From an uncultured delta proteobacterium (lineage in GTDB: Bacteria > Desulfobacterota > Desulfomonilia > Desulfomonilales > Desulfomonilaceae): DNA of 64,000 bases. Positions 42,712-53,237 of this stretch are shown here, piece after piece. The position numbers were made by a program, and so were the translations under genes. Every line of letters starts with the position of its first letter. The stretch's first letter is position 1. Below the pieces are notes generated by a model that did no database searches, was not told the origin of the DNA, and was given only the letters and a program-made list of their open reading frames with translations. Where the stretch lies: assembly GCA_963789265.1 (NCBI GenBank), contig CAWBKB010000001.1, forward strand, positions 1,664,001 through 1,728,000. The letters are read 5' to 3'.

Positions 42712-45700
42712 GAGCCGGAAGATAGATGCTGAAGGTCGTGCCGGCCTGAGCCTGACTTTCACAGGTGATGTGCCCTCCGTGTTGCCTAACAATGCCGTAG
42801 ACCATGGCGAGCCCTAATCCGGTTCCTCTTCCCAGTTCCTTCGTGGTGTAAAAAGGCTCAAATACGTGTTCCATGATGTCTTTGTCTATTCCGTGCCCCG
42901 TGTCGGAGACCGTGAGTACCACGTATTCACCGGGATCGGCTCCAACATGCACTTTGCAGTATTCCTCATCTAGAGTAGTGTTTCCGGTGGCTATCGTGAG
43001 CCTGCCTCTGTCCGGCATAGCGTCACGAGCATTAACAGCCAAGTTCATCAATACCTGTTCGATTTGAGTCGGATCGGCATTCACTTCTGCCAGGTCATCT
43101 GCCAAATTCATTTCAATGTCGATCATTTTGGGAATGGTCCGCCGCAGTAGTTTCTCCACTTGAACTATTTGCCTGTTAAGATTCAAGGAGATCGGCTGGG
43201 GCTCAACTTTTCTGCTGAATGTGAGCAACCGCTGGACCAGTTCGGCTCCGTTCCTGGCCGCATGGAATATTTTTTGGAGATCGGCATATTCCGCATCGAC
43301 TTCCCTCTTTTGGGTCAATAGCCATTCTGAAAAACCCAAGATGACCTGAAGGAGATTGTTGAAATCGTGTGCAATCCCCCCGGCGAGGGTCCCAACGGCC
43401 TCCATCTTCTGGGCATGGAGAAGTTGCTGAGAAAGTTGGAAATGTTCGGTTATGTCACGCTTCACGGCAACAAAGTTTATGATCTTGCCTCCGGAGTCTC
43501 GAACTGGAGAAATCGTGGACTCCTCGTGGTAGAGACTTCCGTCCTTTTTCCTGTTTATCAAGCGGCCTGTCCAGACCTCTCCTCGCGAAACGGTTTCCCA
43601 CAGATCCTTGTAGAACACTTCGTCGTGTTTGCCGCTCTTCAGAAATCTCGGATTCCGGCCGATGACTTCTTTTCGCGTATATCCGGTAATCCTCTCGAAC
43701 GCGGGATTCATGTACTGGATGTTTCCTGAAGTATCAGTGACGACAATTGCTTCTGCAGCCTGTTCTACGGCAGTAGCCAAACGCCTTTGCACTTTCTCGG
43801 ACCGCTTTCGTTGCGACACGTCTCTCACCCACACCTGCACACCTTGCTTACTCTCGACTTTCACGGCTTTTGCGATGATTTCGCCGTCGAAGGACGATCC
43901 ATCTTTGCGCCGCAACTTGACCTCATACTGTGAGACGACCTCTTCGCTTCGCATTCGAGCCGCGGCCCTCTCGCGAACAATCTGATGGTAATCCGGATCA
44001 TAAATATCAAAGACATCCACACCTTCCAGTTCGGTCAACGAGTATCCGAGCATTTCGCACAGACGGGAATTGGCAAATATGATCTGAAAGCCTTTCAGCA
44101 GCATCAGGCCACTAAAACTGTTTTCTACAAGTGTTCGGTACCTTTGTTCGCTTTGTCTAACAGCTTCCTCTGCCAGCAGTCGGTCCGTTATATCTACCAT
44201 GACGCCGATCAAACCGGCCAAGGTGCCGTCAGGATCGAAAAACGGGGCTTTATGATTGACGAATGCACGCTCAGACCCATCAGCTTGCGGCACACTAAAT
44301 TCGTAGATCTGCACTTGCTGATGGTCAAATAGTTGGAGATCCTTTTTGCGCCATACGTCGGCCACCTCCTTGGGAACCACATCGTAAACGGTTTTTCCCA
44401 CCACTTCATCCTTGGGTAACCCCAGCAGGGAAGCGAACGCTTCATTGCAGCCCAGATATTTGTGGTTGATATCTTTATAGAAGACGGGACTGGGAATGGA
44501 ATCGATCAACGTTCGACGGAAATCCAGCAGTGCTTTCAAAGAATCTTCGGCTTGTTTTTGCTTGGTGATGTCAATAACATTGGCAAGAATCGCAGGGTTC
44601 CCGTTATGCTCTATCACTGAGGCCCGCACTTCCCGCCATTTCACGCTCCCGTCCTTTCTTAGGGCTCTGAATTGGTATTGGCTGGGAATCTCCTTTCCTG
44701 CAAGCCTACCGAGCCGCATTTCCTTAACCATTTCACAGTCCTGGGGAGCCACAACTTGCTCCACCGATTTGCCGATCAGCTCGTCGGCTGAATAACCCAG
44801 GTCTTTGGCGTACCGCTCATTCACATAGACGTGTCTCCCTTGTTGGTGTACGCAAATGCCGGTAAGTGAATTCTCGGCCAGAGCACGGTACCGCTGTTCA
44901 CTTTCTGTTAGGGCCCGTTCGATCCGCTTTCTTTCCGATATGTCGGTAATTGCCGCTATCGTGCCTGTACTTAGGTCACTGAGGCTCAGAGCCTTCATTC
45001 TTATGTGCGCGTCAAAAAGGAAACCGTCTTTTCGCCGCAAAGTTGCGTCAATTGAGGTGACTCGTCCAGTTTGTAAGCTTTCATAAAGGATTTGCCCGAC
45101 ACGTTCATACTCCGCTTCGGATGGATAGATTTTGTCTGCACGCAGGCCAACAACGTCATCTTGATTTTCCAAGCCGAACATTTCCAACCAGGCTTCATTC
45201 GCCCACTTCATGATCCTGTTTTCACCCAGACCTATAGCAACGGGAGACGTTGACAGCACGCTCCTTAGCATCGCCTCACTTTCTCGCAAGCCGTCTTCTG
45301 CTTTTTTGCGTTCAATGATTTCCTGTCTCAGATGTTCGTTGGCAGCAGATAACTTGGCAGTTCTGTCGTGAACTTTTTGCTCAAGGTCATCGCGGGCTTT
45401 ACGCAGGTCAATCGATTGCCGACCACGCGTGATTTCAATAGCTGCCAGATTCCCCAATAGAAACAAGGTATCCAGGTCTGACTCGGAAAAGGAAGTCTTG
45501 GTGCGGTTAAAACCATAAAGTACACCCAGGTTCTTCCGGCCCATTTGGATTGGTACTGCAATTCCCGATATTAAGCCCTCGGCACGAACTATATCGTGGA
45601 AGGGTGATTCCACCTCTTTGAAATAGTCCCTGACCACGAGGCCCTTTTGAGTCGCGGCAACTTTGCCTCCAACGCCGGATCCGACGGGCAGCCGGACCCT

Positions 45701-46399
45701 CTTGAAGGCTTCGATGGTGATGCCGGACAGCGTATGCATATATAGTTCACCTGCCGTGTCGTCACGCAAGGCAATGTACGATGCGTCGAACCCAAGCAGC
45801 TTCCGGCTCTGTTCGACTACTATAGACAGGTTCTCATCAAGGTCATTGTCGGCTGTCATCGCAACCGCCAAGTCATACAACGCCCGGAATTTGTTTGCCT
45901 CCTTCTCCAGGTCCGCTTCGGACCTTACACGCCGTGTTATGTCCAGTATCGTACACAAAAGTGCCGAACCACCTTCGAAATCCATGGAGGAACCGTACAC
46001 CTCCACCTCCACGATCTCACCATCCTTCTTTATCCCTCTGAATTCGTACCCTACTAGTTTCTTCTGCCTTGAAGTTCGCAGTGAGATATTCTCCCGAACT
46101 CCGGGCCAGTCTTCCGGCAAAACGAGGGCTTCGGTGGGAACATTGTCCACAAGTTCATCAACCGCATATCCGAATATTTCCGCGGCCTTGGCATTGGCAT
46201 ACTTGAAATAGCTGTCCTTAATTATGCAAACACCGGCCACGAAATTCTCAGCAAAGTTTCTAATCTGAGCCTCGGATTGGCTGGAAGCGACCACAGCGCC
46301 TTCGTGTCGGCTTTTCCAGGTTTCCAATTCCGCAACTCGTTGGCGCAGTTGCCTGACTTCAGTTTTGAGTTGCTCTGCGGTCTCAGACCCGGCTGTCAT
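42686..46399 (-). CDS. Cytoplasmic multi-PAS/GAF histidine kinase without receiver domain
   Basis: About six PAS and one GAF; AGGIAHDFNN, NLAVNARDAM, FEPFYTTK, GTGLGL. Confidence 0.92.
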   Translation of the reverse strand: MTAGSETAEQLKTEVRQLRQRVAELETWKSRHEGAVVASSQSEAQIRNFAENFVAGVCIIKDSYFKYANAKAAEIFGYAVDELVDNVPTEALVLPEDWPGVRENISLRTSRQKKLVGYEFRGIKKDGEIVEVEVYGSSMDFEGGSALLCTILDITRRVRSEADLEKEANKFRALYDLAVAMTADNDLDENLSIVVEQSRKLLGFDASYIALRDDTAGELYMHTLSGITIEAFKRVRLPVGSGVGGKVAATQKGLVVRDYFKEVESPFHDIVRAEGLISGIAVPIQMGRKNLGVLYGFNRTKTSFSESDLDTLFLLGNLAAIEITRGRQSIDLRKARDDLEQKVHDRTAKLSAANEHLRQEIIERKKAEDGLRESEAMLRSVLSTSPVAIGLGENRIMKWANEAWLEMFGLENQDDVVGLRADKIYPSEAEYERVGQILYESLQTGRVTSIDATLRRKDGFLFDAHIRMKALSLSDLSTGTIAAITDISERKRIERALTESEQRYRALAENSLTGICVHQQGRHVYVNERYAKDLGYSADELIGKSVEQVVAPQDCEMVKEMRLGRLAGKEIPSQYQFRALRKDGSVKWREVRASVIEHNGNPAILANVIDITKQKQAEDSLKALLDFRRTLIDSIPSPVFYKDINHKYLGCNEAFASLLGLPKDEVVGKTVYDVVPKEVADVWRKKDLQLFDHQQVQIYEFSVPQADGSERAFVNHKAPFFDPDGTLAGLIGVMVDITDRLLAEEAVRQSEQRYRTLVENSFSGLMLLKGFQIIFANSRLCEMLGYSLTELEGVDVFDIYDPDYHQIVRERAAARMRSEEVVSQYEVKLRRKDGSSFDGEIIAKAVKVESKQGVQVWVRDVSQRKRSEKVQRRLATAVEQAAEAIVVTDTSGNIQYMNPAFERITGYTRKEVIGRNPRFLKSGKHDEVFYKDLWETVSRGEVWTGRLINRKKDGSLYHEESTISPVRDSGGKIINFVAVKRDITEHFQLSQQLLHAQKMEAVGTLAGGIAHDFNNLLQVILGFSEWLLTQKREVDAEYADLQKIFHAARNGAELVQRLLTFSRKVEPQPISLNLNRQIVQVEKLLRRTIPKMIDIEMNLADDLAEVNADPTQIEQVLMNLAVNARDAMPDRGRLTIATGNTTLDEEYCKVHVGADPGEYVVLTVSDTGHGIDKDIMEHVFEPFYTTKELGRGTGLGLAMVYGIVRQHGGHITCESQAQAGTTFSIYLPALRPDRNPL

Positions 46400-46449
46400 C
46401 TAGAGTACTCCCTACGCTGTCCTTTGTTGTCCTAACGCACTGCCGCCAC

Positions 46450-47616
46450 TCAATATTCATAAGGAAGGAACAGTTTCCTATGTTCGTCCAGAGCGAATCG
46501 ATCCGTCATCCCGGCAATGTAATCGCAGACGATTCGTTCAGCAGGGTCCCGGTTATCCAAGATTTTCCGGTGAACGCCGGGAGGAAGCTGGGACGGCCTC
46601 CGAACATATTCGTAGAACAGGTCTCGGAGCAGGCGATCTGCTTTGTATTGCATTCGAAGGATTTTGTGATGAGTGTAAAACCGTGAGTGGAGGAATCGAT
46701 TGAGCTGGTCTTTCCACTGTTGCATGCGAGGGGAAAACGCAACCACAGGAGTGTCCGACCGGGTTATCTCTTGCGGGCTGCTGAAATTGCCGCGTGAGAG
46801 TCGCTCCTCGGTTCCCTCGAGGAGGTCTCGGATGAACGTGTCTATCAACACGCGGATGCACTGGTACAGGAAGGTATCGCGGTCTAGCATTGGATGACGA
46901 TCTCGAATGATCCTGGTGACTTCGTTCCACAGATCCAGATCGCCAAGCTCGGCCTCATCGAAATATCCAGATCGAAGCCCGTCTTCTATGTCATGACAAT
47001 TATAGGCTATTTCATCTGCCAGATTAACTATCTGGGCTTCCAGGGTCGGTTGGGGCTCCGTCATGAACTCGCTGATCACGTGTTCCGGCGCTTGGTCGTA
47101 TACCGTTGAGTGCCGGATAATCCCGGCACGTGTCTCATAAGTCAGATTAAGGCCCGGAAAATCGGGATAGCGTGCTTCAAGAACATCTACCACCCTCAAA
47201 GACTGGCTATTGTGTTCGAATCCCCCGTTGTCGGCCATCAATTCCTGTAAGGAATGCTCTCCGGCATGCCCGAAAGGGGTGTGGCCCAGATCGTGGGCCA
47301 AGGCCACCGCATGGGTCAAGTCTTCATTGGCGCCAAGATACTGGGCCATGCTGCGTGCAATCTGGCCTACTTCCAGTGTGTGTGTCAGCCTGGTTCGGTA
47401 ATGGTCTCCTTCGTAATAAGCGAAAACTTGGGTTTTGTATTCGAGTCTGCGAAAGGCCTTTGAATGGATTATTCGGTCCCGGTCTCTCTGAAAAGAAGTC
47501 CTATAGGGACATTCCTGCTCCTGATATACCCGGCCGCGGCTGTTCTCGGAAAGAAGAGCGTACGGAGCCAGGAATGACCGTTCTCTCTGTTCTTGAACTG
47601 GACGTTGTATAATCAC
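46450..47616 (-). CDS. dgt: dGTP triphosphohydrolase
   Basis: RDRDRI.HS.AFRRL.YKTQVF, RLTH.LEV, HDLGH.PFGH, DYIAGMTD. Confidence 0.95.
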   Translation of the reverse strand: MIIQRPVQEQRERSFLAPYALLSENSRGRVYQEQECPYRTSFQRDRDRIIHSKAFRRLEYKTQVFAYYEGDHYRTRLTHTLEVGQIARSMAQYLGANEDLTHAVALAHDLGHTPFGHAGEHSLQELMADNGGFEHNSQSLRVVDVLEARYPDFPGLNLTYETRAGIIRHSTVYDQAPEHVISEFMTEPQPTLEAQIVNLADEIAYNCHDIEDGLRSGYFDEAELGDLDLWNEVTRIIRDRHPMLDRDTFLYQCIRVLIDTFIRDLLEGTEERLSRGNFSSPQEITRSDTPVVAFSPRMQQWKDQLNRFLHSRFYTHHKILRMQYKADRLLRDLFYEYVRRPSQLPPGVHRKILDNRDPAERIVCDYIAGMTDRFALDEHRKLFLPYEY

Positions 47617-47700
47617 GCTGTCTTATCCTGTCGATCGAGCGGTCGCACGTTGACTCGTGAAGACGCCGGTTCGGAGCAAGGGGTTCGCGTCAAGGGTTTC

Positions 47701-48117
47701 TCAGTTGGCAGACCCATGCAGAACTATATTCACCAACACTGCGAAGGCACCTACCACCCCCAGCGACACAAGTATCCAGACTAGAAGGCTGAGGCTCGCT
47801 CCTCTGGATGGTCGTTCCACCGAAGCCGCCTCTCGCTCCGAAGGAAAACGAAAGCTCTCAAAAGCATCCGACGGTAGGGTGTGTTCGGAAACTTCAGCCG
47901 CAGTGGTTTGCGAAGTAGGTGAGGTCCTTTCTTGAACGCCACGGAATTCCGCGCCGGGCGCAGGCCCGGATGCCGGAATTTGCTCCACTGGAGTTTGATC
48001 TTGAATGAACCCAATTCCTTGGCAATGAGGACATCTTATCTTCACTTTTTGCCTCTGGGCAATGCGGCTCTCGTCCACTCTCATTTTGCCGCCGCAATGG
48101 GAACAGTTCACAATCAT
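47701..48117 (-). CDS. MJ0042-type zinc-ribbon protein with C-terminal TM
   Basis: MIVNCSHC...IRCPHC; C-terminal hydrophobic helix. Confidence 0.8.
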   Translation of the reverse strand: MIVNCSHCGGKMRVDESRIAQRQKVKIRCPHCQGIGFIQDQTPVEQIPASGPAPGAEFRGVQERTSPTSQTTAAEVSEHTLPSDAFESFRFPSEREAASVERPSRGASLSLLVWILVSLGVVGAFAVLVNIVLHGSAN

Positions 48118-48354
48118 GACTGATGGTACCTTTCAAGCTGAGTATGTTGTTGCGGCATCTGAAACTGTCTCGAAGCTATTTGCCATGCACATCCGGCGCC
48201 GGATGTGGTGAGCCCGCCAACAGAGAAGGAACCGTCGAGCGAACTGCGGGATCAGCGTTTAGGTCACCCGAGAACTTCACGGCGAGATGTTCCGTGTTCG
48301 GTGCAGTTCCGCGCCTCTTGCAGATTTATCTCATCTTACCAGAACTATCGCTGT

Positions 48355-48545
48355 ACGGTAATAGTTCACAGCGCAGAACGCGAAACGCGCGGAGATTTCT
48401 GTTTATTCTACACGGCCATGTGAATGGGAGCTGCAAATTCCGGCCTGTGACAATCGGGGCAATGCCCGCCCGGCTGAACGCGGCAGCAACTCATGTGGAG
48501 CTGAACAGGCTATCCTGTCTCCTCTGCGCCCTCCGCGGTGATCCC
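48355..48545. repeat. Family D inverted repeat element, copy 2
   Basis: ACGGTAATAGTTCACAGCGCAGAACGCG...CTCTGCGCCCTCCGCGGTGA. Confidence 0.55.
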
Positions 48546-48595
48546 GCGTAGACTGCGAGACTGATTGCGCGCTGAACTGGTGCTCTCTACCAGAC

Positions 48596-49402
48596 CTATC
48601 TCTCCACCGTCTCCGCTTGGCCGGGTCGATTCTCCGTCACGCCGCTGAGGTCAAGAAAGAGGAGTGTTCCGCCGACCACGGCTGCGGGTATGAACAGCAG
48701 ATTTAATACGGGAACAGCAGCCATCAAGACGTTGCCCAATCCGAATCCCATTATCGACCAGAATCGACGGCGGAAGAAAGCCTGTTTCTCCTTCCACGTG
48801 AATCGCCGTCTGTCCATGGGATACCCAAGATATTCATAAGCAAACATGTAAGCAGACAAGAGCACTCCGGCAACCGCATACAAGACTTCGCCGACCCCCG
48901 GGATCAAAAGTAAAAACAAAGCTGCAATTAAAAGGGCTAGGTAGATGCCAAGCACCTTAAACAAGTGACAGATCGATCGTGCTGAATCTTTCAGGAGCTG
49001 CACAACGGAAAATGGCGTTTCATGAAAATTCCCTCTGACCAATTCCTCCGTCTTGTTGGAGACGAGATCGTTGAACGGCCAAGCCAGTGCGGAAGCGATC
49101 CGAGTGAGCACGAAGAAAAAGAGGACCGATAGCAGTGCGATATCGACGACCAGGAGCGAAAAATATAAGACCTGCTGGTACCAGGCACCGATCGAGTAAG
49201 TATACAGGACGCCGGATAAGAGGTGATATAGGAGCCAGTACGAGCCCCCAAGGATCAATATGCCGATGGCAGTAGGGGCCGCCGCATATTTCCAAAGCAC
49301 CTTATGGGTCCGAAGAAAAAGCGCGCCTCTGATCACGTACAAAGGCGCGAACCGGATTCCGCCTGATAACCCTCCGCAGGTATCCATTGATGGTCGCAAC
49401 AT
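48596..49402 (-). CDS. EI24/CysZ-like membrane protein
   Basis: A.PFND.VS...E, IPG.G, EY..YP..R, VP.LN...PAAVVG. Confidence 0.82.
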   Translation of the reverse strand: MLRPSMDTCGGLSGGIRFAPLYVIRGALFLRTHKVLWKYAAAPTAIGILILGGSYWLLYHLLSGVLYTYSIGAWYQQVLYFSLLVVDIALLSVLFFFVLTRIASALAWPFNDLVSNKTEELVRGNFHETPFSVVQLLKDSARSICHLFKVLGIYLALLIAALFLLLIPGVGEVLYAVAGVLLSAYMFAYEYLGYPMDRRRFTWKEKQAFFRRRFWSIMGFGLGNVLMAAVPVLNLLFIPAAVVGGTLLFLDLSGVTENRPGQAETVER

Positions 49403-49481
49403 AAAGCCTGTGGAGCCGCTCGCTCCGCACGGCCCGCGAACAATGCCGGCGTCAGGCCGGGCAACTCGCGACTCAAGGGGT

Positions 49482-49709
49482 TCAGGTGGGTTTTTTTATC
49501 AGCCCCAGGACTTCTCCCTCGTTGGGGAAGCGGCCGAGATTCTTTTTCGAGAAAACGAGATTCTCGCCGAACTCGACCTCAAACACGCCGCCTGCGGATT
49601 CAATCAGTTTCGGCTCAATGCCTAATTCCTTCTTCAATTCTTCCGCCAGACCGGCGGCCCGTGGTTTGTAATTTCATTGTCCGCAGTAAGTGATCTTGCA
49701 TACATCCAT
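49482..49709 (-). CDS. SelW/SelT/SelH (Rdx) family selenoprotein, 75 aa, in-frame UGA
   Basis: MDVCKITYCGQ-U-NYKPRAAGLAEELKKELGIEPKLIESAGGVFEVEFGENLVFSKKNLGRFPNEGEVLGLIKKPT; UGA at 49674-49676; SD AAGGAGG; hairpin CCGCC-GGTCT-GGCGG downstream of the UGA. Confidence 0.92.
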
Positions 49710-49859
49710 GTTGTCCAGCGACCTCCTTCCACACGAATCTGTTTATCTTCCACGTGAAATTATAGTCGGACCGGTTTGCGGTTACAAGTCCTTGGTGGTT
49801 CTTGCCCCTAATGCCAATGCCTCATGCTTCTCTCTAGCATTCTTGGGTCACGGACCGCG

Positions 49860-51363
49860 TTACTGGTACTCCAACACCTCCAGCTTCACCTTGCCTACCA
49901 TTTTGAGAAGGGAACGCGTGTTGTCGGCCGAGTCCCCGGAGGATATTTTGATATGAGTGGCATCAGCAGGGAGTTGCTTCAACGTCGGATCAACGGCCAA
50001 CCAACCATTGAGGTAAGATTCGCACCATGCATGATACAGAAATCCTCCTTGATTGGAATATACTATGCCGGTGACGATCCGAGTCGGGATCCCCTGAGAT
50101 CTGGCCAGAGCGGTGTAGAGGGACGCGTGCGATTGGCATTCGCCCTCTTTTCTATGTAATACCGACAGGGCTGAAAAGTTGTCCGTCATCTTGCTCTTGA
50201 TGTTATCAGCGGTCCAACGAGTCAGCTTGAGCACTTTTTCCAGCGGGGAATCATCAGGCGAAACAATTTTCTTGGCCTGATCGACAATTTCCTTGTTATT
50301 AGACTGAATTGATATGGTGGGAGCCAGGTACGCGTCGGAGACCGCTTCAGCAGGATTGTGTGCCGAAGCCTTGAAGCGCAAGGGATCCTCAACACGGACC
50401 GTGACATCGAATGAGCCTTTCGGTGCGTTGCCCGGAGGAACGGTAACCTTTTGTCGATGATCTTCAGGAATGTCAGATTTCTCTACCCCCTGCAGCCTCG
50501 ACTTCAGGTAATGCAGCTTTTCCGGATGGGGCAAGGGCTTTGAAATACGGATCAGGCTGACGTCAAGGACAAGGTCCTTTCCCTGGGCTTTTGCGTTAAC
50601 GAACTTTTCGGCGGTGCTTTCGTCTTCGAGTATCGTAATCAAAGATCCTTGCAAGGCCTTTTCGATCACGGTCAGCCCCTTCTTGTCCAGCCACGAGTCA
50701 ACTAAAGACTCCCCGCAAGTGTTCTTCACCTTCCAGACAGCCTCATTTGGCCCGGCCGGGCCTTTGACTGTGAACATCTGCTGATTGACTTTTTGCATCC
50801 CCAGCTTTTCTGCGTTGAAGACTTCGAAAGTGTAGGCTTGATTATTTTTGAGTCCGCGTAATGCGGGCATTAGTGAAATCGCGCTTGACGGATATATTTT
50901 TTCATCTATGGGGTACTGGCGGCTCTCCTTTTCTCCCTCGACCGTTATATCTACAAGGAATCGTTTCCCTTCCGTCCTACCATTCATGGACATATCTTTA
51001 CCGTTCATGTGGACTACAGACTGGAACGACACCAAAGTCAGGTTCGGGCCGTACCACGACCCTCTCGCGCATCTTGACTTCGTTCACCTTCCTTAATGCT
51101 TTGAGCCTCATGAAAGAGTCGGTGTTTATGCTAAAATTGTGACTTGCAGGTTCGATTTTGAAGTGGCTGTATCCCACCTTCTGGGTCTGAAAGTACATCC
51201 CGTACCATGCCTCGTGAAAGGGCAATTTGCCCAAAGTAACATAGCCGTTGGCGGGGATGACAGGATCGGAGGTGCTTGGCAAAAAAGAATGCAGAGCGCA
51301 AGAACTTTGCACAAGAACGAGGATGAGAACAAAGAAGCCGGTGCAATGCCTTACTCGACGCAT
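49860..51363 (-). CDS. Transglutaminase-like lipoprotein, frameshift at ~51050
   Basis: Lipobox-like QSSC; GECQSHA, GIPTR, YHAW.E, VDPT triad motifs; two ORFs joined by removing 1 nt. Confidence 0.85.
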
Positions 51364-51924
51364 TTTGTCAATGTATACGCCTGGCATTACGCATGCAATC
51401 CGCCCTTGTCCTCTCTCTATAAGTAGGGGGCTGGCGGATTCTGCAAAAAAATCATCGCAAGTCCTGGTCTTGCCACGAAATGAGAAATGCATAATTCCAG
51501 TAGGTTATGCGCGCCAGATTGATCGCGGCCACACGGGCCGGAGGGCCGAAAATCAATATACTCCTTGCAGAAGCGGGTTGCAATGAACGCGGCGGCCGCT
51601 CGCACGGCGTCTGTGAAGATACTGTTTTGTGGGGTCGCGGATTACTTCTATAAATCGCAGCTTGTGACTTTTATAGCCTAGTGGAGAAAAATCCCCTTTT
51701 CGCCGAGAAGAAACAGTCTTGAAAGTTTGGTTGCAGTTTGTACAGCCGGCTTAACAAATTTCCCGATTTTCACCTTCAAAAAACCACGACGCCCTATCAT
51801 CATACGATAATTTTCCATTCGTCGATCACATTTTGCCAAAAGTCTTGTATCGCCTGCCTGCGATTTTGTGGTAAAACCGAAACATCAGTCATCTCCTGTA
51901 TGCTTTACGAGCGGAGATAATTTC

Positions 51925-51952
51925 TTGACACAGTGAGTTTATGTGATATATA
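51925..51952 (+). promoter_or_regulatory. sigma70-like promoter
   Basis: TTGACA followed 16 nt later by TATATA with an extended -10 TG. Confidence 0.45.
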
Positions 51953-52015
51953 TTCACTTGTAATCATATAGCGTTATGCGTGTTTGTTTTATTGCCTCGG
52001 AGAAAGAGGTATGGA

Positions 52016-52870
52016 TTGAAGTCGAAAACCAAATTCCCATGGACTGTTCTAGCCTCTGTTCTCTTCGTGCTCATGACGGCTCTCCTCTTGCCGGGTGAAT
52101 CTCCTGCGGGGGATGCGTCATGGTGGGGGTCGTCTGCCTGGTGGGACTGGTCTGATTTTAGAGGAGTCCTCGCAGGCAGAGTCTTTCTAGCGAGGTTGGC
52201 GTCCGCCACCATTACCAAGGGAGGGGTGGATTACGACTTGAAAGGGTCGGACTACGGGTTCGATGATGATCCTGAGCCTTTCAAGGAGTTCTGGGGAGAA
52301 CTTTACATCGACCGTCTGGGATTCCGCTTCCATGTCGAGGAAAACGAATGGCAGGGTATGCCGGCCGCTAACGTGAGCACAGGTGGACCGACATCTGATT
52401 TAAAATTCGGCATGTCCCGTCTTGGCGTGGACCTTGACCTCATCCGCTTTCCATTTCTAAGATTCGGAATCGATTACGATTACCAGGTCAACGAGGTCCA
52501 ATTTCGGGACCGGACTGAGGATCTTTATAGGTCGGTCACGCCGATGACGTTGGGGATCCACGGCCGTGCGATTCCCTTCCGATTCCGCGACATCCCTTTC
52601 ACGGTCCAGGCGCGTTTTCGCTTTCCGATGCCCTTCTTGAACAGACAAGCCGAAGCCAAGATCACCGATTGGGAAATATCGGGGGGCCTGCGTCCGGCGA
52701 TCTGGGAGACCAGCTTGTACGGGCACGCGACATTCTCCTTCGACGTCGAAGCTGGATTCCGATCTGTGAGCCTTGATTCAAATCTGGAAACAGACGCAGG
52801 GCCAGCAACGTCTATGAGCTTGAACGCCCGCTGGAACGGGGCGTTTGTCCAGGTGGGGTTGTTTTTCTAG
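52016..52870 (+). CDS. Putative outer-membrane beta-barrel protein
   Basis: Signal peptide, alternating amphipathic strands, C-terminal Phe; TTG start after GAGG. Confidence 0.65.
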   Translation: MKSKTKFPWTVLASVLFVLMTALLLPGESPAGDASWWGSSAWWDWSDFRGVLAGRVFLARLASATITKGGVDYDLKGSDYGFDDDPEPFKEFWGELYIDRLGFRFHVEENEWQGMPAANVSTGGPTSDLKFGMSRLGVDLDLIRFPFLRFGIDYDYQVNEVQFRDRTEDLYRSVTPMTLGIHGRAIPFRFRDIPFTVQARFRFPMPFLNRQAEAKITDWEISGGLRPAIWETSLYGHATFSFDVEAGFRSVSLDSNLETDAGPATSMSLNARWNGAFVQVGLFF

Positions 52871-52967
52871 GCAATGTGTCATCCGAGCGACCCGTAGGAT
52901 GTGCTGAGCGAAGCGAAGCGCATCTATCGCGGAGTCGGTCGTGAGGGTGGCTTGACCGTGACGCGAC

Positions 52968-53146
52968 CGATGCTACATGCTGAAGAGAACGCCGTATACC
53001 AACACCGTCACCCCGGCGAAGGCTTGGGTCCAGAGAAGATTACGAAAACCTGGATTCCGGCCTCCGCCGGAATGACGACGAGGCCAATGCCTAGCCGAAA
53101 GGAAAGCTCCTGAATAAGAGACATGAGGCTTAAGTCAACAGCATAG
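52968..53146. mobile_element. IS4-like MITE, family B copy 2 (degenerate left end)
   Basis: Aligns with 10177-10352; right end CTTAAGTCAACAGCATAG; no clear target duplication; flanked by other REP-like palindromes. Confidence 0.75.
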
Positions 53147-53237
53147 GATCGGCCCCCCGCGGGACGCGGGGTCGCTCCATCGCCGCCGGCAGAGACGCCG
53201 GCGCTACTCTGGGATTGGAGCCCACAGCGACCGTTTT

